Shown here piece after piece: positions 27,617 to 37,678 of a DNA stretch of 56,553 bases (position 1 is the stretch's first letter; every line of letters begins with the position of its first letter). This DNA is from Minisyncoccota bacterium (GTDB taxonomy: Bacteria; Patescibacteriota; Minisyncoccia; Phycocordibacterales; UBA9973), in assembly GCA_035403785.1 (NCBI GenBank), contig DAONFW010000006.1, positions 1 to 56,553 of the forward strand. The letters are read 5' to 3'. The translations under genes and the position numbers were made by a program. The notes below the pieces were generated by a model. The model did no database searches. It worked only from the letters and a program-made list of their open reading frames with translations, and had not been told where the DNA came from.

Positions 27617-30208
27617 ATGAATAAATTAGACAAAAATACAGAAAAATTGGTTGTTAAGGGCGCAAAAACCCACAATCTAAAGAATATCAGTGTAGAAATG
27701 CCACGAAATAAGATGGTGATAATTACTGGTACATCTGGTAGTGGAAAAAGTTCGTTGGCTTTCGATACAATTTTTGCCGAAGGACAAAGAAGATACGTAG
27801 AAAGTCTTTCCGCTTACGCAAGACAGTTTTTGAACCAAATGCCAAAACCAGAAGTTGATGAAATTTCTGGTCTTTCGCCAGCTATTTCTATTGATCAAAA
27901 ATCTAGATCGAACAATCCACGTTCTACGGTAGCTACTATCACAGAAATTTATGATTATCTGCGTGTTTTATATGCGCGTATAGGTAAGCCGCACTGTCCG
28001 ACTTGTGGACACGAAATAAAAAAACTTTCTAATGATGAAATTTTAAATTTTATATTTGATAAGATAAAAAAATTCGAAAAAGAAAATAAAAAACAAAAAG
28101 TCATGGGGGTAGAATGGGACAATACGCAGATTGCTGTTTATTCTCCGGTAGTTCGTGGAAGAAAAGGAGAATATTATCAAATGCTTTATGATTTGCTTGG
28201 AAAAGGTTTTCAAAAAATAAGATTAGACGGCGCAATAAAAAATTTACGCGACAGAATAGATCTTTCGAAAAACAAAAAGCATAATATTGATGTTTTGATA
28301 GATAGTTTTGCGGTGCATGAATTCAAAGATAATCCTGATGATGCAAAAATGCGATTGTCTGAAGCGGTAGAACTGGCAGTTGCTGAATCTGATGGACTGG
28401 TTGTCATTGCTTTCGGAGAAGACACAAAAGAAGAATTTTTGATGTCTACAAAATTTTCTTGTCCTCGTGATGGATTTTCGTTTCCAGAAATAGAGCCAAG
28501 ATTGTTTTCTTTCAACTCTCCGTACGGCGCTTGCCCAGAATGTAACGGTCTAGGCACAGAATATTTTGGTGGTTTAGATTTGTGTAAAACTTGCAACGGT
28601 GCACGTTTGAGACCAGAAGCACTGAATGTATTTTTGGGTAAAAAAACAAATATATTAGAATTAACAAAATTATCTATCGAAAAAGTAGCGGACTTTTTTA
28701 TTGAATTAGAATTAACAGAACAAGAAAAAGAAATCTCAAGAGTCGTAATAAAAGAAATTGAAGCAAGAATACAGTTTTTACTAAATGTCGGTTTGAATTA
28801 TTTATCTTTAAACAGAAAAGCAAACACTTTGTCTGGCGGTGAAGCGCAAAGAATCAGACTTGCATCTCAGCTTGGTTCAAGATTGGTGGGCGCTTTATAT
28901 GTACTAGATGAGCCGACTATTGGTTTGCATCAGAGAGATAACGAAAAGTTAATTAAAACCTTGCAAAATCTACGTGATTTGGGAAACACTATAGTGATAG
29001 TAGAACATGACGAAGATACTATTTTGGCTTCTGATTATATTGTAGATATTGGCCCAAAAGCTGGCGTGCATGGAGGAAACGTCGTTGTTTCTGGTTGGTT
29101 GGAAGATTTACTTGATGCAAAAACTAATCCATCCAAATCTAGAACTCTCGCTTATTTGCGTGGCGAGGCAAAAATAGAAATTCCAGAAAAAAGAAGAGAA
29201 AAAGAAAAAGGTTCTATCAAAATAACTGGTGGAAAAGTTTTTAATATAAAAAACATGAACATAGATATTCCTCTTGGTAGATTAATCACAATTACTGGAG
29301 TTTCTGGGTCTGGAAAAAGTTCTTTCATGTATGAAATTTTGCATAAAAACTTACAAGCAAAATTAGAAAGACAATACAGAACTGCTCAGATTTTCAACTG
29401 CGCTAGTTTTTCTGGAACAGAATATTTATCTAGAACTATCCTGATAGATCAATCGCCAATCGGCAGAACACCAAGATCAAACGTTGCGACGTATACTGGC
29501 GCGTTTACTTATATTCGAGATTTGTTCGCAGAAAATAGCGAATCAAAATTGCGTGGTTGGAAATCAAACAGATATTCTTTTAATGTAAAAGGCGGACGTT
29601 GTGAAGCATGTGAAGGAAACGGAGAAATTGCTGTAGAAATGCATTTCTTGCCAACTGTTTATGTAACTTGTGACGTCTGCGGAGGAAAAAGATTTAACAA
29701 AGAAACTTTAGCGATAAAATACAAAAAGAAAAATATTCATGAAGTTTTGCAAATGACAGTAGAAGAAGCTTTAGAATTTTTCAAAGATATTCCGAATGTT
29801 TACGATAGATTGCAAACTTTGTCTGATGTAGGATTAGGCTATATTGTTTTGGGTCAACCAGCTACAACTTTGTCTGGCGGAGAAGCGCAGAGAGTAAAGA
29901 TAGCATCAGAATTATATCGTCCACATTTAGAAAAAACTATATATTTGCTAGACGAACCAACTGTCGGCTTGCATTACGATGACGTGGCAAAATTGCTGGA
30001 AGTGTTAAATAAATTGGTAGACAAAGGTAATACAGTTGTACTTATTGAGCACAATATGGACGTAATTAAGTGTTCTGATTATATAATAGACATAGGACCA
30101 GAAGGTGGCGACGCTGGTGGAAAAATTGTAGCAAAAGGCACGCCAGAAGAAATCGCAAATAATAAAAATTCTCACACTGGAAAATATTTGAAAAAAGTTT
30201 TGAAATAA
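27617..30208 (+). CDS. uvrA: excinuclease ABC subunit A
   Basis: Two ABC modules ([18 protein letters not shown], twice LSGGEAQR) and zinc modules. The ATG at 27617 gives the canonical MNKL...[12 protein letters not shown]-terminus. Confidence 0.96.
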   Translation: MNKLDKNTEKLVVKGAKTHNLKNISVEMPRNKMVIITGTSGSGKSSLAFDTIFAEGQRRYVESLSAYARQFLNQMPKPEVDEISGLSPAISIDQKSRSNNPRSTVATITEIYDYLRVLYARIGKPHCPTCGHEIKKLSNDEILNFIFDKIKKFEKENKKQKVMGVEWDNTQIAVYSPVVRGRKGEYYQMLYDLLGKGFQKIRLDGAIKNLRDRIDLSKNKKHNIDVLIDSFAVHEFKDNPDDAKMRLSEAVELAVAESDGLVVIAFGEDTKEEFLMSTKFSCPRDGFSFPEIEPRLFSFNSPYGACPECNGLGTEYFGGLDLCKTCNGARLRPEALNVFLGKKTNILELTKLSIEKVADFFIELELTEQEKEISRVVIKEIEARIQFLLNVGLNYLSLNRKANTLSGGEAQRIRLASQLGSRLVGALYVLDEPTIGLHQRDNEKLIKTLQNLRDLGNTIVIVEHDEDTILASDYIVDIGPKAGVHGGNVVVSGWLEDLLDAKTNPSKSRTLAYLRGEAKIEIPEKRREKEKGSIKITGGKVFNIKNMNIDIPLGRLITITGVSGSGKSSFMYEILHKNLQAKLERQYRTAQIFNCASFSGTEYLSRTILIDQSPIGRTPRSNVATYTGAFTYIRDLFAENSESKLRGWKSNRYSFNVKGGRCEACEGNGEIAVEMHFLPTVYVTCDVCGGKRFNKETLAIKYKKKNIHEVLQMTVEEALEFFKDIPNVYDRLQTLSDVGLGYIVLGQPATTLSGGEAQRVKIASELYRPHLEKTIYLLDEPTVGLHYDDVAKLLEVLNKLVDKGNTVVLIEHNMDVIKCSDYIIDIGPEGGDAGGKIVAKGTPEEIANNKNSHTGKYLKKVLK

Positions 30209-30250
30209 AATATTTTAAATATTTAAAAATTTAGAAAAGAATTCAAAATT

Positions 30251-31492
30251 ATGAAAAAAGAAAATCTTAAAAAATTTAAAATTCCAGACAAACCAGGAGT
30301 ATATTTTTTCTTGAAAAATACCAAAATTTTATATATCGGAAAAGCTACTAGTCTGAAAGATAGAATAAAAAGTTATTTTTCTAAAGATTTGATCGCCATA
30401 CGCGGGCCGATGATTTTGGACATGACTGTTCAGGCTGATAATATAAAATTTCAAGAAACTGACAACGTGCTCGAAGCTCTAATTCTCGAAGCTGAATTAA
30501 TAAAAAAACATCAGCCAAAATATAACGTAAAAGAAAAAGACGACAAGTCTTGGAACTATGTCTGCATTACAAAAGAAGAATGGCCAAAAGTTTTGATAGA
30601 AAGAGGTAGAAATTTGATGCAGAAAGAAAAAATAAAAAAATCAAACTGCGCTTACAAATTTGGACCATATACCAACGGCACGCAACTCAAAGAGGCGATG
30701 AAAATCATACGTAGAATTTTTCCATATTTAGATAATGATGCTGTAAAGAAAAATAATAAAGAATTTTATAATCAGCTCAACCTAGTGCCAGAAATTAATT
30801 CCAAAAATGCACTGACAGAGTATAAAAAAAATATAAATAACTTAAAATTATTTTTCCAAGGCAAAAAGAAAAAGATTATTTTGAATCTCAAAAAAGAGAT
30901 GAACAAGCACGCTGAAAAATTTGAATTTGAAAAAGCGAATGAAATCAAAAAGCAAATTTTTGCTTTAGAACATATAAACGATATAGCTCTAATAAAATCA
31001 GAAAATACTCAAGAAAATATTTTAAGTTTTTCAAATTATTTCAGAATAGAAGCATACGATATAGCACATATGTCTGGTAAAAATATGGTTGGCGTGATGA
31101 CTGTTGTGGAAAATGGTCAAGTAGCAAAAAATCAATACAAAAAATTTATAATTAGAACTCAGACAAATGCAAACGATACCGGCGCGCTCGAAGAAGTGCT
31201 AGCGAGAAGATTAAGGCATACAGAATGGGGAATTCCAAGTTTAATCGTTGTAGACGGCAGTACAGCGCAAATAAACGTCGCTGAGAGGGTTTTATTGCGT
31301 TATCAAATGAAAATTCCAGTTGTTTCTGTAGTAAAAGATGAGAAACACAAAGCAAAAGCGATAAAAAGCAGAGAAAAAAATATAGAAAGTTTAATTAAAA
31401 AACACAAAAAATCTATCTTACTCGCAAACTCAGAAGCGCACAGATTTGCTATTTCTTTTTATAGACAGAAAAGTAGGAAGGGGATGTTTTAA
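30251..31492 (+). CDS. uvrC: excinuclease ABC subunit C, short form lacking the C-terminal (HhH)2
   Basis: GIY-YIG (PGVYFF...ILYIGKA), UVR domain (FEFEKANEIKKQIFALEHI) and the RNase-H-like endonuclease region (IEAYDIAHMSG). It ends at 413 aa. Confidence 0.85.
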   Translation: MKKENLKKFKIPDKPGVYFFLKNTKILYIGKATSLKDRIKSYFSKDLIAIRGPMILDMTVQADNIKFQETDNVLEALILEAELIKKHQPKYNVKEKDDKSWNYVCITKEEWPKVLIERGRNLMQKEKIKKSNCAYKFGPYTNGTQLKEAMKIIRRIFPYLDNDAVKKNNKEFYNQLNLVPEINSKNALTEYKKNINNLKLFFQGKKKKIILNLKKEMNKHAEKFEFEKANEIKKQIFALEHINDIALIKSENTQENILSFSNYFRIEAYDIAHMSGKNMVGVMTVVENGQVAKNQYKKFIIRTQTNANDTGALEEVLARRLRHTEWGIPSLIVVDGSTAQINVAERVLLRYQMKIPVVSVVKDEKHKAKAIKSREKNIESLIKKHKKSILLANSEAHRFAISFYRQKSRKGMF

Positions 31493-31504
31493 ACAAGTAA
31501 AATA

Positions 31505-32038
31505 TTATTTACTCATCATTTTTCTATACTCACTGCCACTCATATAACTTTTCGTATCTGTAACTCGGTCAGTAAAAAGAATCCCATCGAGATGGTCATA
31601 CTCATGCTGAATCACTCTAGCCAAAAGTCCGGTAGCTTTTAATTCAAAAACTTTTCCGTTTAGATCTAGCGCTTTTATTATTACTGATTTTGATCTCTTT
31701 ACTAAACCAAATAAGTTTGCATTAGCCACGCTGCCACATCCTTCATAATCATTATATGTTTCTTTAGAAAAGAAATTTATTTCTGGATTAATGAAAACCC
31801 TTAACTCATCCATATCTGCTGGTTTTCTATTTTTAGTTTGCCTAATTTCTGTCGCAAAAATTTTTATATTTTTATTTATCTGCGGAGCAGAAATACCAAC
31901 CAGTTCATTGTGTCTCATTGAATCAACTAAATCACTTATAACTGTTTTTATTTTTTTAGAAGAAATATCGGTTTTAGATACTTTTTTAGATTTTTTTCTT
32001 ATATTGGGATTTCCGATTTGAATTGTTTCTTTTATCAT
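31505..32038 (-). CDS. def: peptide deformylase
   Basis: Motifs GISAPQ, EGCGS and HEYDHLDG. The start is moved to MIKETIQIGNP because TGATATAAT (32046-32054, minus) lies 7 nt upstream. Confidence 0.9.
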   Translation of the reverse strand: MIKETIQIGNPNIRKKSKKVSKTDISSKKIKTVISDLVDSMRHNELVGISAPQINKNIKIFATEIRQTKNRKPADMDELRVFINPEINFFSKETYNDYEGCGSVANANLFGLVKRSKSVIIKALDLNGKVFELKATGLLARVIQHEYDHLDGILFTDRVTDTKSYMSGSEYRKMMSK

Positions 32039-32256
32039 AATTTTTATTATATCAAAACGAAGCTTCTCGAGCACCTAAAAAAGTGACAAAATTGACACAG
32101 ATTGGCATATAAATATTACAGCTATATGTAACTTTCATATGATATTTTTATATTTGACATCAATGATTCATTGTCGTAATCTTTAAGCGAAGGTCTAGCA
32201 CAAAGCTAGATCATAAACCATAAAACCCTTAATTAGGGAAAAGGAGGAAAGTTCTT

Positions 32257-33603
32257 ATGACAACAAAAAAAGAAAAAAACCCTGGAGCGATGGCTTTTTA
32301 TCATCAAGATGGATTGCCAGCTGCTTGGAAACAAGCTATGGAATTTGCGGGTAAGCATGGCCGCATAGCGACTATGCCCGACATCGTCTCGTTTAGAATA
32401 AAAACTAAACCTGGTGATGAACCCTGGGAAACCTACTACACTTCATTGACTGCTGAGTATGTTGGATACACCAAACATGGTAATAAAATTATTATTGTTG
32501 CCCATGGCATTGGTCCTATGTCCAATTTACAAGGCATACAAGAAGCCTACAGTTGGGAATACAAAGACAAAAGCCGAGATCACCGCGGTGGTAGGATTAC
32601 ACAGTCTGAATTCTGGGATTTGGAAAGTGGTAAATATGGAGATGTTGAAATTATCGATTTCAACGAATATTTTTCTCTCTATAAATATCCCTTTATTCAA
32701 ACTTTAAGAGCATCAGAAGCGATTACTGACCCTGTTCTTAGAGCTCGTTTTGGCCCACAGATTGAACAATATGTTCAAATTCATGTAGATGCTGCTCGTG
32801 CTTGGCACAGAGAAAAAGCTGGAATCAACCCGGAAAACAAGTACGAAGTTCCGGAAGAAATCCATATCCAATTCATTGATGGCCGCCGTAAAAAACACAT
32901 TAATAATGGCGCAGAAAATTCTGACCCTTTTATTATTCAGGTTGGAGATGCCTCAAATTGTAGTTATAAATATGTCAGTATCGAAAAAGGATATGCTTTG
33001 GCTCATTTAATTTCTACTGGCGGGTTGGTTCATTTACACCATGATGATAATGAAAGTTTAACCTTAGACGTTGATGCACACGAATGGCACAACGGAGTGC
33101 GTTTCATTGGCATTAAATCAAAAAAGGGAATTATCTCCGATGTTCAATCGGGCCCTGATGCTCACGAATTATTAAAAAAACATTGGAATGATTTAATGCG
33201 ACCTGTTGGTGGACAAATCATTTTAGGTTTTAGTTCCTTAATGGAAATGAGTGGGCAATGGTTTACTCAATACCCAAAAGTGGGAGCAAGAATAGACACG
33301 TGGGAGCCGGAATACAAGGTAACCAAAATAGAAAAAGTAGGTAACCCTATTTTATTCCGCACCACTGTTGGTGGTTACCATGGTTTCTTCAAGTTTGATA
33401 TCAAGGAAATTCAGTCTATCGCGCCGCCTAATGCCAACGCTTATCGTTTTGTCACCGATCCTGAAATTGAATGGAATGAAGGTAATCCAACTCACCACAC
33501 AGCCATGGCTCAATTTTACAGAATTGAAGCTGATACCACTAAACGATTAATTCGTTCATCTGAATTGGCTCGTGATTACGCGAAAATGATGTCGTTAATT
33601 TAA
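32257..33603 (+). CDS. 448-aa protein of unknown function (ORFan by eye)
   Basis: Long ORF with a strong SD (GGAAAAGGAGGAAAG) 7 nt before the ATG, its own promoter-like TTGACA-17-TAATCT, a leader hairpin and a GC-rich terminator. Less AT-rich than its neighbours. No family recognised. Confidence 0.75.
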   Translation: MTTKKEKNPGAMAFYHQDGLPAAWKQAMEFAGKHGRIATMPDIVSFRIKTKPGDEPWETYYTSLTAEYVGYTKHGNKIIIVAHGIGPMSNLQGIQEAYSWEYKDKSRDHRGGRITQSEFWDLESGKYGDVEIIDFNEYFSLYKYPFIQTLRASEAITDPVLRARFGPQIEQYVQIHVDAARAWHREKAGINPENKYEVPEEIHIQFIDGRRKKHINNGAENSDPFIIQVGDASNCSYKYVSIEKGYALAHLISTGGLVHLHHDDNESLTLDVDAHEWHNGVRFIGIKSKKGIISDVQSGPDAHELLKKHWNDLMRPVGGQIILGFSSLMEMSGQWFTQYPKVGARIDTWEPEYKVTKIEKVGNPILFRTTVGGYHGFFKFDIKEIQSIAPPNANAYRFVTDPEIEWNEGNPTHHTAMAQFYRIEADTTKRLIRSSELARDYAKMMSLI

Positions 33604-33628
33604 AAATTAGTTGTCACAATTTTACTAG

Positions 33629-33654
33629 ACCGCACTTAAACGTGCGGTTTTTTG
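33629..33654 (+). terminator. intrinsic terminator after the ORFan
   Basis: ACCGCAC (33629-33635) / GTGCGGT (33642-33648) followed by TTTTTT. Confidence 0.8.
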
Positions 33655-33664
33655 TATTTAGTGC

Positions 33665-33738
33665 TGGCTGGGAGACTAGGAATCGAACCTAGATTAAAGG
33701 CTTCAAAGGCCTCTGTCCTACCGTTAGACGATCTCCCA
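33665..33738 (-). tRNA. tRNA-Gln (anticodon TTG), CCA encoded
   Basis: Reverse complement: acceptor TGGGAGA/TCTCCCA (U1-A72 as in bacterial tRNA-Gln), anticodon loop CTTTGAA, T arm CTAGG-TTCGATT-CCTAG, 3' GCCA. Confidence 0.9.
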
Positions 33739-33789
33739 ATATTTAACGAATTACAAAGTATAATATAACATAATTTATATAAAAATAAA

Positions 33790-33815
33790 ATCCGGGCACA
33801 AGGCTCGGATTTTTT
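33790..33815. terminator. hairpin terminator between the 33841-34263 gene and tRNA-Gln
   Basis: ATCCGGGC / GCTCGGAT stem with A/T runs on both sides. There is one G-U (plus) or A-C (minus) position. Confidence 0.5.
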
Positions 33816-33840
33816 AGCTGACTGTTTTAAACAATTAAAT

Positions 33841-34263
33841 TTAACAACCTCCGCCACTACCTCGGCGAGCACGGAGAGATGTTTTGAACCCCGGATCCGG
33901 AGAAAAACTTTTTACTTTCTTATACAGGTATTTTTCAAATTCAGGAGCTTTTTCACCTTTGCCACCATAAAGATACTCGATATTTGCTAACGTTTTTATG
34001 CTTTCGCAAACATCATTAAAAACAAAAATAATAGAAGCGGGATCTTTTTCATCTACTGCTGTTACTTCTTTTTTTTCAGGAGAAAGATCTGCGGGAAAAA
34101 AGCTTTGAGCTTCTTTTAGCAAAAACATTTTGAACTCCAAAAGGTTTTCATTTATCTTGTCAAACAAGACCGCTCTTTTCTCTCTCATTCTTATCTTGTC
34201 ACAAACTCTAATAAATGAAAAAGCCAACGCTGTTTCGTAAGATCCTTTTTCGTCAGTTGTCAT
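33841..34263 (-). CDS. hypothetical protein with GC-rich basic/glycine tail ending GSGGGC
   Basis: 140-aa ORF with no recognisable family. The last ~20 codons are conspicuously GC-rich (PDPGFKTSLRARRGSGGGC*). Confidence 0.5.
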   Translation of the reverse strand: MTTDEKGSYETALAFSFIRVCDKIRMREKRAVLFDKINENLLEFKMFLLKEAQSFFPADLSPEKKEVTAVDEKDPASIIFVFNDVCESIKTLANIEYLYGGKGEKAPEFEKYLYKKVKSFSPDPGFKTSLRARRGSGGGC

Positions 34264-34360
34264 AATAATTTTTTTAGGTTAAACGTACTTTTTTGTCTAG
34301 TTGCATAATAGCACTAAACATCCAAAAGTAAAGTTAGAGAAACTATGTTATAATCAAAAC

Positions 34361-35176
34361 ATGAAATTTAAAAAAATATTTTTGATCTTTATTCTAGCCC
34401 TGTCATTTTTGCCTTTTTGTAAAATAAACGCAGAAAGTTCTAATACTGGTTTTGTGCCTGGAAGTATTTGGTATTCGAAAGATCCGCTAACTGAAGGTGA
34501 TAAAGTGAAAATTTATACTCTTATTTTTAATCCTGAAAACAAAGAACTTTCTGGCACAGTTATGTTTTTTGACAAAGAAACTTTGTTAGGAAAGAAAGAT
34601 ATCAAAGTTTCATCAAGAGCAACAAAAGATGTTTCAGTTGATTGGACTGTAACAGCGGGGAAACATTCTATTTATGCAAAAATTGAAAATGCAAAATTTT
34701 TGGTGTCAGCTGGAAAATACGAAAACGCTTTATTGAGTAAAATAGAAACAGAAAAAGATATTTTCACTATTAGTAAAAAAATTCAAACTGAAAGCACGGA
34801 TGGAAAAAGTAAAACTTCTTCAAATTCAGACTCAGACGTAGACAGCGTCAAAAATTTTATAACAGAAAAAACTCCAAGTTTTATCGCTAAGCCGATAATT
34901 TCTACAACTGATTTTCTGGAAAATTTTAGACAAAATACTAGCGAGAAAACTGAAGTAAAAAGGGACGAAGCGAAGCAAGAATTAGAAGATATCAAAAAAA
35001 TAGAAACCGAATCAGAAACAGGGGAGAAGCAGACTAGTCAGAAAATTTTTAAATATATAGAAGTAGCTGTTTTACAAATAGTTTTGTTTATTTTCAGCAA
35101 CCAATTCGTCTTTTATACTGTTCTATTTATCTTGGTTTTCTTGGTTTTGAGATATATTTGGTTAAAAATTTTCTAG
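34361..35176 (+). CDS. secreted protein with C-terminal membrane anchor, unknown function
   Basis: Signal peptide (MKFKKIFLIFILALSFLPFCKINA) and a C-terminal hydrophobic stretch. TGTTATAAT lies 6 nt before the ATG. Confidence 0.55.
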   Translation: MKFKKIFLIFILALSFLPFCKINAESSNTGFVPGSIWYSKDPLTEGDKVKIYTLIFNPENKELSGTVMFFDKETLLGKKDIKVSSRATKDVSVDWTVTAGKHSIYAKIENAKFLVSAGKYENALLSKIETEKDIFTISKKIQTESTDGKSKTSSNSDSDVDSVKNFITEKTPSFIAKPIISTTDFLENFRQNTSEKTEVKRDEAKQELEDIKKIETESETGEKQTSQKIFKYIEVAVLQIVLFIFSNQFVFYTVLFILVFLVLRYIWLKIF

Positions 35177-35211
35177 TTTGAATTTTATAATAAAGCGTGT
35201 AATATAAATAT

Positions 35212-35496
35212 ATGCTACTTAGAATTTTGGCTTTTATAATTTTATTGTTTTCTATCTTGTTTTTACCTTTTTGGATTTCAATAATTTTAGGAATTTTTGC
35301 GACTATTTATTTCCGCAATTATTGGGAAGTGGTAGTTTTGTTTTTTATTTCAGATTTTCTGTACGGCGTCCAAAATACTAAATATGCTTTCTTAACTTTC
35401 ACTTCAGGAATCTTCGCGCTTTTATTTTTAATTCTCGTAGAATTTTTGAAAAAGAAATTTAAATTTTACCCAAGAAAAACGCAATACAGAAAATAA
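35212..35496 (+). CDS. small multi-TM membrane protein
   Basis: 94-aa, three hydrophobic helices, directly upstream of PBP2. An MreD-like role is possible but unsupported. Confidence 0.45.
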   Translation: MLLRILAFIILLFSILFLPFWISIILGIFATIYFRNYWEVVVLFFISDFLYGVQNTKYAFLTFTSGIFALLFLILVEFLKKKFKFYPRKTQYRK

Positions 35497-35549
35497 ATAG
35501 AAAATAAAAATAAAAAAAATAGATAGATAAAAAGATTAGAAAAAAGATA

Positions 35550-37247
35550 ATGAGAAAAATTTTTAAAAAAAGAAGAAGAGTAAAGAATGTAAATTTTTTC
35601 GTTGAACCAGACGAAATTTTTTTGGATTCAGAAAATATAGAACAATTTGATACGCAGCAGTTCGAAGGAAGAATCGAAAAGCCGATTGCTAAAAGAAATA
35701 TCATAATGCTTGGACTGGGATTTCTTTTAGTTTTTTTGGCTTTTACTGTCAGAGCTGGATATTTGCAAATTGATAAAGGCGACGAATATTTCCAAAGAAG
35801 TGAAGATAATACGCTTGAAAAACAAATAATTTTCGCTGACAGAGGCATTATTTATGACAGAAACAAAATAGAACTTGCTTGGAATAGCAAATCTGATATT
35901 GAAGGAAGTTTTCCAATAAGAAGATATTTATCTCCTGGATTTTCGCATTTATTGGGTTATATTAGCTATCCAATGCAAGATAAATCTGGAAATTATTGGC
36001 AAGAAGAAATAATCGGTAAAGACGGTTTAGAAAAACAATATGCTGAAAGATTAAAGGGAATTAACGGAACAAAAATAGTTGAAACAGATGCAAGAAAAAA
36101 AGTACATTCGGAAAATATGATAAATATTCCAGAACGCGGTGAAGATCTAGTCACGACGATAGATTCAAGAGTCCAAAAAGAATTATATTCTTTAATCAAA
36201 AGTATTTCTGACGCTAATGCTTTCAAAGGTGGCGCAGGAATGATCATGAATATTCAAAACGGAGAAATTATCACATCTACAAGTTATCCAGAATATGATT
36301 CAGAAATATTATCAACAGGAAAAGATAAGGCAGTAATCAGTAATTATTTCACAGACAAGAGAAAAGTTTTTATTGATAAAAATATTTCAGGACTTTACAC
36401 ACCTGGATCTATCATAAAGCCTTTTGTCGCGCTTGGTGCTTTGAACGAAAAAGTTATCACGCCGTATAAACAAATTCTTTCTACTGGTTCTATTTCAATT
36501 CCAAACCCGTACTTTCCAGACAAGCCGACTGTGTTCAAAGACTGGAAAGCTCACGGCTGGGTTGATATGAGAAGAGCATTGGCTGTTTCTTCGGACGTTT
36601 ATTTTTATGAAATCGGTGGAGGTTTCCAAGGACAAGACGGTATCGGAATTAGTAATATAGAAAAATACGCAAGACTTTTTGGAATTGGAGAAAAAACTGG
36701 AATTGATATTCCAGACGAAATCAGCGGAGTTATTCCAAATCCAGAATGGAAAGCAAAAAATTTCAAAGGGGACATTTGGCGAGTCGGAGATACTTATCAC
36801 ACAGCAATCGGTCAGTACGGATTTCAGGTTACGCCGATTCAAATGTTGCGCGCCTCAGCAGCAATTGCAAATTATGGAAAATTAGTTACGCCGCATTTGT
36901 TACTTGGCGATACGGAAAAAGAAGAAAAGTTTACGAATATTAATTTGAGTAGAGAATATTTTGATGTTGTTCGCGAAGGAATGCGTGGCGCTGTCACTTC
37001 GGGAACTTCCACTGCTTTGAACATTCCAAAAGCTGCAATTGCCGCAAAATCAGGTACCGCTCAGCTTGGATTGGCAAAAAACAGAGTAAACTCATGGATT
37101 ATGGGCTTTTTCCCATATGAAAACCCAAAATACGCTTTTGTTGTTCTAATGGAATCTGGGCCTTCTACTGGTACTGTTAGTGCTTCTTACGTAATGAGCC
37201 AGTTGGTGTGGTGGATGACTACAAATACACCAGAATACTTCGAATAA
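35550..37247 (+). CDS. mrdA: penicillin-binding protein 2 (class B transpeptidase)
   Basis: N-terminal TM helix, a dimerisation domain, and SxxK (GSIIKPF), SxN (SSDVYF) and KSG (KSGTA) motifs. Confidence 0.9.
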   Translation: MRKIFKKRRRVKNVNFFVEPDEIFLDSENIEQFDTQQFEGRIEKPIAKRNIIMLGLGFLLVFLAFTVRAGYLQIDKGDEYFQRSEDNTLEKQIIFADRGIIYDRNKIELAWNSKSDIEGSFPIRRYLSPGFSHLLGYISYPMQDKSGNYWQEEIIGKDGLEKQYAERLKGINGTKIVETDARKKVHSENMINIPERGEDLVTTIDSRVQKELYSLIKSISDANAFKGGAGMIMNIQNGEIITSTSYPEYDSEILSTGKDKAVISNYFTDKRKVFIDKNISGLYTPGSIIKPFVALGALNEKVITPYKQILSTGSISIPNPYFPDKPTVFKDWKAHGWVDMRRALAVSSDVYFYEIGGGFQGQDGIGISNIEKYARLFGIGEKTGIDIPDEISGVIPNPEWKAKNFKGDIWRVGDTYHTAIGQYGFQVTPIQMLRASAAIANYGKLVTPHLLLGDTEKEEKFTNINLSREYFDVVREGMRGAVTSGTSTALNIPKAAIAAKSGTAQLGLAKNRVNSWIMGFFPYENPKYAFVVLMESGPSTGTVSASYVMSQLVWWMTTNTPEYFE

Positions 37248-37289
37248 ATCAATTTTGCTTAAGATTTTGAAAGAGTTATAATAAATAGT

Positions 37290-37664
37290 ATGAAAAAAGC
37301 AAGAACACTTTTAATAATAGCTATTTGGGTAGCGATATTACCTTATTTAGGTTTTCCATATTTTTGGAAAAATCTAATGTATTTAATAACAGGAATTGCG
37401 ATAGCTTATATCAGTTACATTATTTATAGAGAGGCAAAACCAAAAGAAACAACACAGCGAAAAACTTTTGACAGCTTTTCTGAAAATTTTCATCACAAGA
37501 AACACGGTAGTAAAAACTTTGACATAAAGTCAGAACAAAATTTGAACGCAGAAAAAATTGAAAAAACAGAAAGAAAATTTGAAGAAGAAGACGAAGAAGA
37601 TGATGACGACAATAATAATAAAGAAGAACACGAAACAGAAACAGCTGAGAAAATAAATGATTAA
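37290..37664 (+). CDS. small membrane protein with poly-acidic tail
   Basis: Two TM helices, then EEEDEEDDDDNNNKEE. TATAAT lies 7 nt before the ATG. Confidence 0.5.
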   Translation: MKKARTLLIIAIWVAILPYLGFPYFWKNLMYLITGIAIAYISYIIYREAKPKETTQRKTFDSFSENFHHKKHGSKNFDIKSEQNLNAEKIEKTERKFEEEDEEDDDDNNNKEEHETETAEKIND

Positions 37665-37678
37665 GAGATAAAAAATAA

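Noticed and set aside
32075-33738. tRNA-Gln-targeted integrative element carrying the ORFan
   Set aside because: There is no integrase or recombinase, and I could not find a direct repeat of the tRNA-Gln 3' end (…CTAGTCTCCCAGCCA) near 32075-32256. It is kept only as a compositional anomaly.
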